Program-made: the position numbers and the translations under genes | Notes under the pieces: model-generated | Databases searched by the model: none | Told to the model about the DNA's origin: nothing | The model's input: only the letters and a program-made list of their open reading frames with translations | Part shown: positions 47,639-59,811 of the stretch, piece after piece | Position numbering within the stretch: position 1 is the first letter of the stretch | Layout: each line of letters opens with the position of its first letter | Origin: Macrostomum lignano | Lineage: Eukaryota | Length of the DNA: 64,000 nt | Direction: 5' to 3' | Assembly (NCBI GenBank): GCA_002269645.1 | Contig: NIVC01001150.1 | Span: 260,422-324,421 of the forward strand

Positions 47639-50600
47639 TCAGTCCATGTTCACCAGCATTATGGCGCTGATGGGGCTGCGGCAGAGCGGGCACGTGTCCA
47701 GGTTTTTGGCACACCTGGAGCAGCAGCACAGATGATTGCAGTTTAACAATGTCACATTGATGATGCTGTCCATGCACACTTTGCAGGCTCTCCAGTCCAG
47801 CTCCTCATCGCCCAGCGGCTTGGGCTCCCGGTTGCTGATCAGAGACTGGTCCCGCTGGGCCCGCTCGAAAAACTCGCGGCCGCTGAGTCCCTGCGAGTGG
47901 CGCTGCCTGAGCTGCGTCAGGGTGCTCTCCAGGAACAGCTCGCTGCTCTGAAAGTCGTCGCCGGCGGTCTTCAGCTGGAGGAACTGCGCAGTCTTGGCGT
48001 CATCGGGGTCGCAGCCCAGCTGCAGGAGGCCCAGCGCGGGCGGGAAGTCCTCGCGGGCCTTGAAGAAGCGCGGCTCGATGCGGTAGTCGACCAGAGAGGC
48101 GGTGGCGGACGGTGCCGACGGGTCCGCCGCGATTGGCGCCGTCTCGCTCGCGGCCGGCAGCGGCTGCAGCGGGTAGGGCGGGTGGCGGGCACGGCTGTAC
48201 AGCACGAAGGCGTGCCCGCGCTCCAGCAGCAGGTGGCAGCAGCGCGGCGACCACCGGGCGTGCTCAACCCAGGGATCGTCCTCCCCAGCCAAGTGCAGGA
48301 CGCGCAGGCCGCACCAGTGGCAGGCGGTGGCGCCCAGCGGCTGGCCAGCCAGCGGGAAGAAGCCCGCATCGGCCAGCTGGTCGGCCGGCACCGGGCGAAC
48401 GGAGCCGGACAGGCGGGCGAGCGCCTCCTGACGGCAGCGGCGGTCCCGCCAGGCGGGGTGGCACATGGGATGGTAGGTGGCGGCCTTACCACTGCCGGCA
48501 GCGATCTGCAGGCTGCGGGCCAGCAGTTCCAGATTTCCAGCAGCAGTCGGACTGCAGGCAGCAGCGGCTGTGGCTGAGGACACCGGCGGGCGCGGCCGCC
48601 TGCTGAGTTGGGCCTCGCGCTCCAGCTCCGAGTCGGCCTGCTGGAGTGGCGCAGCAATGGCGGACAGATTCTCAGCGGCAATGGCGGCAGTGCTGGCAGG
48701 CTGGCTGTCAAATTCGGCAGTGGCAGCCACAGGGACCACCTCGGCCTCGGTGCACTGGGTGGACAGCCTGACTTTGGCATCCTCGGGCTTCTGGATTGGC
48801 ACATTGCCAACATCCAGGCTGAGCAGCATGGGGCAGGTGGCAAATCGCAGGCGGTGGGCTTCAGCCACATCCTCATTTGGGTCCCAGTTGAACAGAGTGC
48901 CGAGGCAGAAAGCACATTTCACCCGATCCGATTCCTACATTGGATTAAGATTGTTAATGATGTGAATATAGCTAAATATAGTGAGCAATTAGTTCTATGA
49001 AAAGATAGGCTTATTTGATACCATCTTTTTCCTTTGCAATAATTTATATCTAATTGACTCTGATCTATTAATTTTAATGATATTATGCATTAAATTTGCT
49101 TTATCTGCATTAGCTCTTTATGCAATATCAGCCATGAGCTACACAAACAATAAGCACAATGTAGCAGACTATAAATTAGACTTTTCAAGGGTTGGGGCAA
49201 ATATGGTAGTTAAGCATTAGCCTAGTTATGGTAAATGGCATAGTAGTTAAGTATAAGCCAAGTTATTGCAAGAAAGCATTTATTGGGCTTATGCTCAACT
49301 ACTATGCTATCTGCCCTAACTTCTGGAAAGTTGGTTCATATTCTAATAAATATTGATATATATATAAGAAATTTTAATCTAGGCTAAACTAGAGGAATAG
49401 ACTGGTTGGTATATATATATATATGTATATATATATTAATATATTATATATACATATATTAAATTAATAATTATTAAGTATTTATATATAATTAATATAT
49501 AATAATTAATATATATTAAATGGAAATACTATACTTATATTATGCATAAATAAATAGGAATGTATGTTGGGCCCTACTAATGAATAGTAAGAAATATTCA
49601 AACATTTATTGAGATATTCTAAGACTTATTAAAAAATAAATCTTTAGAATTTAGATTTAATTTGGTAATTTTTAGTTAAGAAGAGCCTTAACTTTGGTTT
49701 AGTAACAATAATACTATAGGATTAACTAAAGATCTTTACCATAATTTTTAATATCAGTAATATAAGTAATAATAAATAAAAGAGTTCTAAAAACAATTGT
49801 TACTAAATAATATAACTTTTTATTTAGGCCTAAGTATTAAAAAGACATTGCTATATATTAATATTATTATCAAGTCATAATATCTATAGTAAAGTCATAG
49901 CTAAAAAAATATTAGTTATAATATTGTAAAATTCTTATTATTTTAGGTTTATTTCTTATGATATGGGTTATATAAAAGATGTAACAAACTATATAACTAT
50001 AACTAAGTCTATTATTAGTCAACTATACATATTTACAATAGATGATCTATTTATAACATTCAATATTTACCTGTAAGTAGAAAAAACCATTTGCTGCCAG
50101 TGTCTCTGGTTTTTGACCAGTCTTGAATTTAACTTGCTTGCCACTTAGGTTGAATGAAGATAAACGATTTACTTCATATTTCATATTTGATTTTTCTATA
50201 GGAATACCAGCAGGTAGGTGGCTCATGTCAAATGGTCGATCTTTGAAATTCAAAATTTGTGGCTCACATTGGACTGATGTAGACCTTCTAGGAGAAATCT
50301 GCTTGTAATGCTTTAGTTGAATACAAAGCTTATAAGCACTTACATAGCCTTTACTCACAACACTTTCTTGCAACTTCAGTAGTTTTTTATCACAATAGAA
50401 TTTATAACCTCTGCTTAAAGCTGCTATGATACAGTCAAGAATTCCTATTGATTTGATAAGATCATCATCATTAGGTCTAGAAGAAGCCACAGACACGCTG
50501 ATTTTACTTCTGGATAAGTAGTCCATTAACCGCTGTATTTCTGCGATATAAAATAGTAGGCAAATACATTTGTCAGAGCAGATAACTGTTTCAGGCGAGG

Positions 50601-50946
50601 ATAGTTGGTGACATCGATCCTTTCCTACAAACTTTCGTTGTATCGATTGACAATTACCAGGTACTCGGCGTATGGGATCAGCTTCATTTGCAGCACGTCT
50701 TTCCAGAACTCTTGGATGCGCCCGTTTGCCATGTTTTTCGACAGAGTTTGAGGCACTTTTATTATTTCCACATAATTGACGCTGCTCAAGACTCAAATCT
50801 TGCTTGCGTTGCACTTGTGGTTGTGGAGACTTGTAATCATGATCGCTAAAATCGCTTGGTGCTGCTTTAATCCAACCTTGTATTCTTCCATCATGACAGG
50901 CACCATGATTGGCATTATCGAATTGTAATGGAGCTCCGCTAGCCAT
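47639..50946 (-). CDS. Inhibitor of apoptosis (IAP/BIRC family): BIR-BIR-UBA-like-RING; 5' end uncertain
   Basis: Exon 50946-50071 ends YEVNRLSSF..PETLAANGFFYLQ|gt and splices in phase 0 to exon 48934-47639 (ESDRVKCAFCLGTLFNWDPNEDVAEAHRLRFATCP), completing a BIR. Second BIR: LADAGFFP..CHWCG..DDPWVEHARWSPRC. RING: CKVCMD..CNHLCCCSRCAKNLDTCPLCR. Confidence 0.9.
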
Positions 50947-52345
50947 TGATTCCTTGATTGACGATGGCCTTTTAATCCGTTTCTTTCCGAATCGTTTGAT
51001 TTGTCCATGGAATTGCCGCGGAATATGGAACTAAACATTGCTATCTACGAAAATGCAGGGCATTCCATGGCAGTCCCACGGCAAGCCCGCATATATTTAT
51101 TGCTGTACAGCGTACTACGATAAAACAAAAGCAAGAAATTTATTGATACACTGTGCAAGTAAAATAAACGAGTTTGATATAAAACCAGTATAACGTACAC
51201 TACACTAAAAACCGAACTTACAGTCATTCGAATAGATACTGGCGTACGATTATGTACTCGAGTAGGAAGGGCTGACATTGTGGATATGTTATATTGTGTA
51301 CAGGCGAGGATTACGTACAGGAAAATTGGAGGGAGCAACCCTGCTGTACTAGCCGTTCCAAAAGTGTTACAGTAGGTCAGAAATCGTCAAAACGAGGCGA
51401 AAATATGTATTACAACTTTTTTCGGCCCCCAGCCGGATTAAGTAAGTGGTATACACTTGTACATGCGTAGAGTTTGGGCTGTATTAATTAGCGTACTTGA
51501 TGATGATGCAAATTGCAATGATAGAGCTTATCAGCGTTCAAAACGCTGATATGCTATTACAAACTTATCATAGATATTTAATGTTAGACCCACCCATTTG
51601 CCTGCACTAAAACAGCCACGCAGACCATGCGTGCCCTCTCCGTGTGTTAATTCATCTAACTAGCTAACTATGCAAAAAAGCGAATAAGATTGGGTGGGGC
51701 GGAAAAATATCACGCCACCACCCCAACGCTGCCCCCGAGCACAATGTCGAGCATTATAAATACAATGCAATTGAAAAAGCCGAGGCTAGCTCTCCACTGC
51801 CGAGTTTAGTAAAGTTTGAGCTCAAACCTAAGAAAAGGACTTGTCTCAGTTCTTCGAAGCTTCTGTCTGTCGTGGCAGAGGGGTAGCAGGCGTGTAAGGT
51901 AGTTGGCGTGAGAGGCCTTTCAGAGACTACCGATAAACGTGTGGACACAATCAGCATCCTTCATGTTAACTAGTTAAGTTTCAACTTGTTTACTATCGTT
52001 TTAGCTAGCTAAGAACAGATAGCTAAAAACTTCAGAAACTGTACAAAACATATACATTTTCACTCAAACAAGTCATCATCTTTCTCTCCACATCTTCTTA
52101 CATTGGCGAAAGGCGTGCGTACGACTATAGTCAGTCAGTATTTTGTCAGTCAGTAGTCTCGCTGCACCTTTTAATCAACAGCAAGATTTCGATAGCAACT
52201 TGTTCAATTTTCTTTACTTTCCTAAAGTTTTATTTATAAGCCTACACCAGCCTACTCAAACCTACACCAGCCTATGCTCATAAATCATGCATCTACCAGC
52301 TGTAGATTCCTAGAGAGCATGGGATCTTACTATTCTTTTAGTAAT

Positions 52346-55300
52346 TGTAATGAACGTGCAACCGAGAGAAAACGTGTATTATTCAAGAGTGCCAAAAAGC
52401 ATATTATATAGAGGGGCGAGGGGGGCTGAGCAATCGATAGCAACGTACATGATTGGGGACGGGGCGGCTGGGGCGCAGATGTGCGTACAATAAATTATAG
52501 TTACAAGTGCATCACTGACATCTCTCTTCTAATAGCAAAAATCGGGAGGAATTAAAATCAATGGCTCGAAGGAATTATCGCTTCAAAAACATTTCATTAT
52601 TTGCGCATTAGGCATGTGCGAAAACTCAAAAAATATTTCTTTTAAAACAAATGAAAAAAACTATTTTTTTCGATATTTTTAGACAAAAAAATCAACAACG
52701 AAATTCGATTTAGATAAGGAATAAAAATATTTGGAATATTTTCTGGGGGCTCATTGTCACTGACCAGCTCTTCGACGATACCGAACCTGGCGAACATCGA
52801 CTTAATTCGAGCAATCACCAAGTCAGCTCCAGACTGTTGACCTAACTTTGCCAGTTCGATCCAGTTGCTGTAATAACAGGTAACGATTAGCCACTTGTCA
52901 CCATTGAAGTCCAGCAGATCACAACCAACCTTGGTCCATGGTGCATTCGGAATCTGATGGTTCAACAGCGGTTCCTTTCGGTTGGCCGGCTGAAACGTTT
53001 GACAAATGCTGCAGTTCTTCACGAAGTTCTTAATGTCCGCTGACATGCCTGGCCAGTACAGAATTTGACGAGCTCGGGCCTCCGTCTTGCCCGCGCCACC
53101 ATGACCTTCGTGTAAAATTTGCAGAATCTTCTGCCGCAACGATGCTGGAACAATAACGCGGTCCAACTTCATCAGCACGCCATCATTGTAGGTCAAGTCC
53201 TCCTTGAAGCTCCAATACGGACGGACAGAGTGGCAAATGTTCCGAAAGTTGCTTGGCCAACCCGTCTGAACAAACCGGGCTACAGAACTTAAGTCCGAAT
53301 CTTTGCGGGTCTCGTCTCGGATTTCTTGCAAACGAATGGCAGAAATCGGGAGGCTCTTGCTCATTTGATGCACCTCCACCTCAATTTCGTCGTCTAGAGC
53401 AGCCTCGGCCTCCGGAAGGTAAGCTCTTGAAAGCGTATCGGCAATCAGCATCTTGGATCCCGGTGCCCAGGATACACGCAGATTATATCTTTTGAGTTGG
53501 TAAAGCATTCGAGCAATGCGTGGCGGAAGATGCAGCAAGTCACGCTTAAAAATAACCTCCAGGGGCTTGTGGTCTGTAGTCACTCGTACTACTGGTAGGC
53601 CATAGATGTAGTCATGAAATTTCTTGCAAGCAATAACAACGGCCAGAGTCTCCTTCTCAATCTGAGCATAGTTCTTTTGCGTGTTGGTCAGCGCAGCCGA
53701 TCCATACGCCACAGGCTGTCCATTCTGCAGCAAAACGCAACCAACTCCGACCGACGAACTGTCAACTTGAAGCTCAACTTCCATATCGGCGTCAAACAAC
53801 CTTAGCACAGGAGCGTCCGACAGAACATCTTTTAGCTTCTCAAAAGCTTGCTGCTGCTTCTCTTGCCAGTCAAAAAGCACCTCCTTCTTGAGCAGGGCAC
53901 GAAGAGGTTCAGTGATGTCCGACGCATTCGGAATAAACTTGCCCAGGTACGTTGCCATGCCAAGCAGCCGCATCACTGCCTGCTTATCACCTGGAACCGG
54001 AAGCTCTTGAATGGCTTTTACTTTAGCAGGATCTGGACGAACACCGTCAGATGAGATCACATGACCGACATAGTTTACTGAAGAAACACCAACTTTCAAT
54101 TTCTTGCGATTTAGCTTTAAATTCGACTGACGGGCCTCACTGAGCACCTTGAGTAGCTTCTGATCGTGCTCTTCGCGGGTCCGTCCCCAGACAAGCATAT
54201 CATCAACAATTACCTCAGCCCAGCTGCTGAAAATTTTGCTTAGCTCACGTTGGTAGACTTCCGGTGCATCAATAGTTCCTGGGGGCAGGCGAACGAACTT
54301 GTATCTGCCCCACGGAGTGTTGAAAGTACAGAGCTGTGTACTTTCTTCGTCAAGTCTTATCTGCCAAAAACCAGTCTTTGCATCCAGCACGGTGAAGTAC
54401 TTGGCACCTGGGATGCGCGCAACAACTTGCTCGACTGTTGTCATCGGGTAGTGAGCGCGCTTGATAGCTTTGTTGAGATGTGTCGGATCGATACACAGTC
54501 GCAGGCTGCCATCTGGCTTGTGCACAGTAACCAAAGAGTTTACCCAATCCGTTGGCTCAGAAACTTTAACGATGACTCCGAGGGCCTCCATGCGCTTTAA
54601 CTCCTCCTGAACTTTGCCTTGCAGCGCAAAGGGAATCTTTCTCGGAGCATTGACGACAGGAACAGCATGTTTATCAAGAGTAAACGAGTGCACGTAAGGC
54701 AAACAGCCAAGTTTGTCGTCAAACAGGTCACTAAATTCCTCTAGCACGAACTTTTCGTCAATCACTGGTGGCTGTCTAACGCTTTCAACTCGTCGAATTA
54801 GGTCCAGATCCTTTAGCGCTGGTAAACCAATGATTGCTTGTTGAACCTCTGAAACCATAAACTCTATCTCGCACGGCCGACCCTGCACCTTTACCTTCAA
54901 ACGACACTTTCCAACGACAGGACTGCGAGCTCCTCCAAAGGCCGTCAACACAGTGTGAGTTTTTAGCAACTGCTCACCGACTGGGAAATAATCTGCTGGC
55001 AACACGCTCACCTCTGCTCCGGTGTCTAGCTTGCATTGCAGCTTTTTACCATCTGGAAGCTGAACTTCTGCTAACCAACTGGAACCGTTATCAGTCTGCA
55101 GCGTTCCGATAAAATACACCTCTTCACCAGCACTAGCATCCTCACCTTCAGCTGCTGTTACAGTCATAACCCTCCGGTTATTGTTGCTTCGACATTGACT
55201 GCGAAAGTGGTTCAGGCGGCCACAGGACAGACACCGCTTACCAAAAGCCGGACACTTGCCATCACGATGACTGTAACCGCCGTTGTGACAGCGACTTTCT

Positions 55301-56218
55301 CCAGGAAGGCGTCCCTGAAGTTGACTCGGGTTCGAATTTTGGCCAGGTTGGCCCTGCGCCGTCGACTGGGCCGCTGTACTCGACACTGGGCGCCCTGAGT
55401 TGCGGATTTGTTGCTGCCGAGGCGCTGCCGGAGCAGGTGACAACCTTACGACGTTTAGGCCTTTCTCGACTTCCTTTAGCTGATGTCGCGCGGACTCTGC
55501 AGCTCTGCACATGTCAATTGCCGTTCTCAGGTCCAAGTCCGGTTCTCGAAGTAGCCGCTCTCGCATTCGTGAGTCGTTGCACCCCAGGACAATCTTGTCT
55601 CGAATCATTTTCTCTTTTTGTGTTTCGAAATTGCACGTTCCAGCCAGACGTTTCAAATCAGTCACAAACAGGTCGACTGGCTCAGAGTCCTTCTGGTCGC
55701 GTTCCCAGAACTTAAAACGCTCGAAGACTTCACTCGTACGCGGACTGAAGTGGTCATCGAATAGCTCCAGCAACTCGTCAAAAGCTATTGGTCGCCTTGC
55801 CGTTGCACCCTCCGCTGTTTCCTCTTCTATTTCTGTCTCCAGGGTGTTATAAATGTCAAGGCCATTGTCACCGATCAGGTGCAAAAACAAATTTATTCGA
55901 CGCTCTTCGCCAACAATTCCAGTTGCCTTGAGGTATATCAAAAATCTCTGTCGCCAGCGTTTCCAAGACTCGTTGGAGTCCGTCTCCAACTCTTCGGGTG
56001 GCTTCAGGTCCATGCTCTGAGGCTAGCTAGCTTGCGACGCCATGTAATGAACGTGCAACCGAGAGAAAACGTGTATTATTCAAGAGTGCCAAAAAGCATA
56101 TTATATAGAGGGGCGAGGGGGGCTGAGCAATCGATAGCAACGTACATGATTGGGGGACGGGGCGGCTGGGGCGCAGATGTGCGTACAATAAATTATAGTT
56201 ACAAGTGCATCACTGACA
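52346..56218 (-). mobile_element. Ty3/Gypsy (Mag-like) LTR retrotransposon with truncated integrase
   Basis: LTRs at 52346-52520 and 56043-56218 (TG..CA; only a single G-run indel seen), a 5-bp TSD GTAAT, a TGG-initiated PBS-like site next to the 5' LTR and a PPT AGAAGAGAGA. ORF 56013-52642 encodes gag with zinc knuckles, protease (KLDTGAEVS), RT (LDAKTGFWQI; IVDDML), RNase H (VDSS; EKE; TDHKPL) and integrase (HHCC; GCD; VSDN), then loses homology. Confidence 0.96.
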
Positions 56219-57352
56219 GTAATAAATTTTGAAACTGAAACTTAGCATGAAAAAAAACAAAAAAATCCACACTTGTGACTTTTCTCCATCTCCACGAAAA
56301 AAATTAAACTGTTTGCGACTTGCCATCGACATTACACTTCAGTAGCTAGCTTGTTAACTTTTTGACGGCAATGCTCAAGATTTTTTTCAAAGAAGGACAA
56401 CAAAGCTTAAGTCTCCCAAGCTGCAAGGCCATGCATGCATTGCTGATTCATTCAGTGTGTGTGGGTAGGGCTCCAAATGGATTACGCGTTACGAGTAATT
56501 ATGCAATTACTAATGAAACAATTGGAATTACTAACAGACGAAACTAATTCCCTGGAAATTCATGCACATGCGCCAACGAATAGCGTACAGTAACTGTGTG
56601 CTACAAAGTGTATATTATTTGTTAGAATGCACTAGCATTGCGAGTATAAATACCGCGCGCACTAGTTTGAATCTCCGCGCGCTTGTTGGCCCTAGATAGT
56701 CCGCTCTCGTTTGCCCGGACTGTGTGCTCCCAGTCTAGTTAAGTTTGGCTTGTGTAGGCCCGGCCTGTAGTGCCTAGTAACTTAGTTAATCAGTTAGTTA
56801 TCAATACTCAGCATGAATCTTAGTGTTATTAAATTTTTAGTATATGGAAGTTCGTGCATATTGAGAATAGTTATTAGACTAGACCTAAATATTATTAGCT
56901 CTAACAGAAAGCATGTGTTGGTAAAGACACAGGAGGCCGAGCTTATATTTATGTGTCTTTGTTAATTATTTTTATGTCAAGTTTCTATCGTTAATTTACT
57001 GCTGGTGCGCTAGTTAATTTGTTTGTTCAAAAATTACATTTGTCAATATTAGTTCAAAGTTCAATTTGAGTTATTACATTTAAGTTCAACTAATCAAATC
57101 TTTCTTTGAGGAACGGCTTGCCTCAGTCAATTTAATCATAGCTTCGATTGGTGGCAGCGAACTATCTTTCGTGATTTATGTAGCTTTGGGATTAATTATT
57201 GATCGACAAGGGAACGCAATTTAGCTCGTATTCAAGAAATTATCGGTCGCACTCTATCAGACCATCTCAGGGTAGCGCTCTTCGGCTGGTGCAGTATAAG
57301 TAGTATAGCTTTAGGCCCTATTATCGCAGCTACCGATAGTATAAGTTACTAT

Positions 57353-57760
57353 TGTCAGCGGAAATAGAGAAACTAGTCACTCCGCCTGTTAAGAGTTCGC
57401 GGATGTTGAGCCCATTTCATCCGCGCCAGACGCTGAGTCATTACCGGTTAAAAGTCCGAGTGACTCACGGTCTGCAGTCAGACAAAGACCTAGAGAGACA
57501 GAGAGCCCACTGGAAATCTAGGAGTCTAGCGAGACGAAGAGACCAAGGAATTTATAGGGCGCGCGAGACAATAAGCCCATTCCGGCTTAGCGCTAGATTT
57601 CAGATCCGCGAGAGACTACTCGTTAGTAGCAGAGTTAGAACTAGGATTAATATTTTAACACCGTTACGTTTAATCAATTTTACGCTTATTTCATTTGGTT
57701 CGCAGCGGTGGAATTTAATACTTAGCACCGTCAAGTTAATTTAATTTCAAACCCGTTACA
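57353..57760. mobile_element. Possible solo LTR or LTR relic
   Basis: TGTCAGCGG...CCGTTACA termini and LTR-like composition. No TSD is found. A TATAAATA-containing LTR-like stretch also lies near 56600-56830. Confidence 0.3.
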
Positions 57761-58683
57761 GGTGTACTAATTAATTCAAAGCTGCGCGACGCTACCACGG
57801 AAAGTTACGCCAGCATTACTTTCCCTGCCTCGTCTAGTTGTGGAGAAAAAAACAGTTGAAAAGCAACCAGGGGGTGCCAAAAACTCCTCCAGTTGAACTC
57901 AAAGAAGCTCATAATCTTCAAATCGTATATTTATCTGTCATTCTGAAATCAGCTGCGCGTACATTTAAAAATTTACTAAGTTTATAAAATTAGTCTTACT
58001 ATTTCTGTCCATGAAACTATATACTGAAGTAAATATTGAAATTACTGAGAGTAGAGTAGTTTTTAAGCGTTTTTGCCCCATGCAATTTTTCTCTATCGTC
58101 ATTTAATTTTGGAGTATTTATTCCTCCATGTTAGCTAGAACTGGGACGATCATTCTAAGTTCGAATGAGTATTGAGTGCCATTTTGGATTAATATGGATC
58201 GGCCAGCTTAATAGAACTCACATTCTACAGTATAGTTTAGAGCGATTCACACAGAGCCAGTCAGATTGCAGAATATACGAGCTACGCCTTCTGAGTGGGT
58301 AAGAGAGAAGACCAACATTGTCTTTGCGACATTTGAACTGATTCATCCTACGTGCCATGCTCTTATAGTGCAGGACACAGTGCCATAGTCATGGACAATG
58401 ATGCCGGGGATCTAAGATAAAATTACGCGATAAACCTCCCATTTGTTACTATGGTACCGAAAAACCACAAAAAGCGTAGGGAAAGATGCGGAAGGCTAAA
58501 AATAGGCAATGCCAGCGTAAGCTGATTTGGTCTATGGTCTGAGACCCGAGCTTCTGCAGCCTTTCCCTCAAATTTCGCTTCTCATGCAAGTAGCATTGGA
58601 GCGCACGCACGCAAACAGAACCGTGCATGCAGAGTCGAGCGCAGTAGAAATTGCAGACTCCAGCACCGCAGGGTGGCTCGGTT

Positions 58684-59811
58684 ATGTCCAAGCCAAAAGA
58701 TTCGAAGCAGTCGGATACCGGGTCAACCGACACTGCGGTGCAGAGGTCAATATTCGAGGCCGACCTGAAGCAGTTAGCGCTGCGGCTGATGAGCATGAAC
58801 ACCTCCAGCAGTCACAACCACGTGCAGCTGTCCTCTGCCGAGTGCCTCACCGTCTGCCACTTGGCTGTCGAGAGCATGAAAACGAGAGACATCTGCCTTA
58901 TGCTGCAGTCGCCTCTGAATGTGGTAGCGGATATTCACGGCCAGTTCCATGACCTGCTCCGAATATTTGACTCGCTCGGCAAGCCACCGGACTCAAAGTA
59001 CCTGTTTCTCGGAGACTACGTGGACCGAGGCAAGTTCTCGCTGGAAGTGATTATGCTACTGTTTGTGCAGATGCTGATGCACCCGAACTCCGTGTTCCTG
59101 CTGCGTGGCAACCATGAGACTGCCAGCGTCTGCTGCAGGTATGGCTTCAGAGCGGAAATTCAGCAGCGATTCTCCAAGATTCAGGCCAACCAGGTGCTTA
59201 GCGGCTTCATTCGCGCTTTCCATTGGATGCCGCTCTGCGCGATTGTCGACGGCCGAATCATCTGCTGCCACGGTGGCCTGTCGCCCTCGATGATGCTCAA
59301 GCCGTTCGACACAAATGGCAACCGACAGTTGAACCTGAATGCCCTCAGCAGCCAGCTGCACCGGCCTCTGGAACCCAAGCGATCGGGCCTGGCCATGGAC
59401 CTCCTGTGGGCCGACCCGAATCCCGGCTCCACAATGGTCTACTTCAGCAACAGCAACGAGATGAAAGAGGCCAAGTGGGTGCACAGCGCGCGCCGCCAGT
59501 GCTCGTTCCTGTTCTCGGGCGCCGCCTTGCAGCAGGTGCTGCGAATGTTCCGCGTCAAGCTGCTAGTGCGAGGCCACCAGATGGCGCAGGCCGGCTTTCG
59601 AGTGAGTCTGGATAGGCGCTGCATCACGCTGTTCAGCGCACCCGGCTACTGCGGCATCCAGACCAACAGTGGTGGAGTGCTGCAGATCATCCAGTCAAGC
59701 AAAGAGGCCCGAGAGGCTGGCACCTTCTTTGTGATGAAGCCATCCAAGTGGGAGCAGTCCGATTTGGAGCAGCTGTTCTGGACCGACATGACTGAAGGCC
59801 CTGGCGGATGA
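58684..59811 (+). CDS. Intronless divergent PP1-like Ser/Thr phosphatase (PPP family)
   Basis: Motifs ADIHGQFHDLLRIF, FLGDYVDRG, LRGNHE, CHGGLSP, DLLWADP, VRGHQ and TLFSAPGYCG. First ATG at 58684, preceded by an AG acceptor near 58656. Confidence 0.92.
   Translation: MSKPKDSKQSDTGSTDTAVQRSIFEADLKQLALRLMSMNTSSSHNHVQLSSAECLTVCHLAVESMKTRDICLMLQSPLNVVADIHGQFHDLLRIFDSLGKPPDSKYLFLGDYVDRGKFSLEVIMLLFVQMLMHPNSVFLLRGNHETASVCCRYGFRAEIQQRFSKIQANQVLSGFIRAFHWMPLCAIVDGRIICCHGGLSPSMMLKPFDTNGNRQLNLNALSSQLHRPLEPKRSGLAMDLLWADPNPGSTMVYFSNSNEMKEAKWVHSARRQCSFLFSGAALQQVLRMFRVKLLVRGHQMAQAGFRVSLDRRCITLFSAPGYCGIQTNSGGVLQIIQSSKEAREAGTFFVMKPSKWEQSDLEQLFWTDMTEGPGG

Noticed and set aside
51685-51765. CCAAT + GC box + TATAAATA arrangement as a plus-strand promoter
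   Set aside because: No downstream gene or RNA could be identified, and such short motifs arise by chance.
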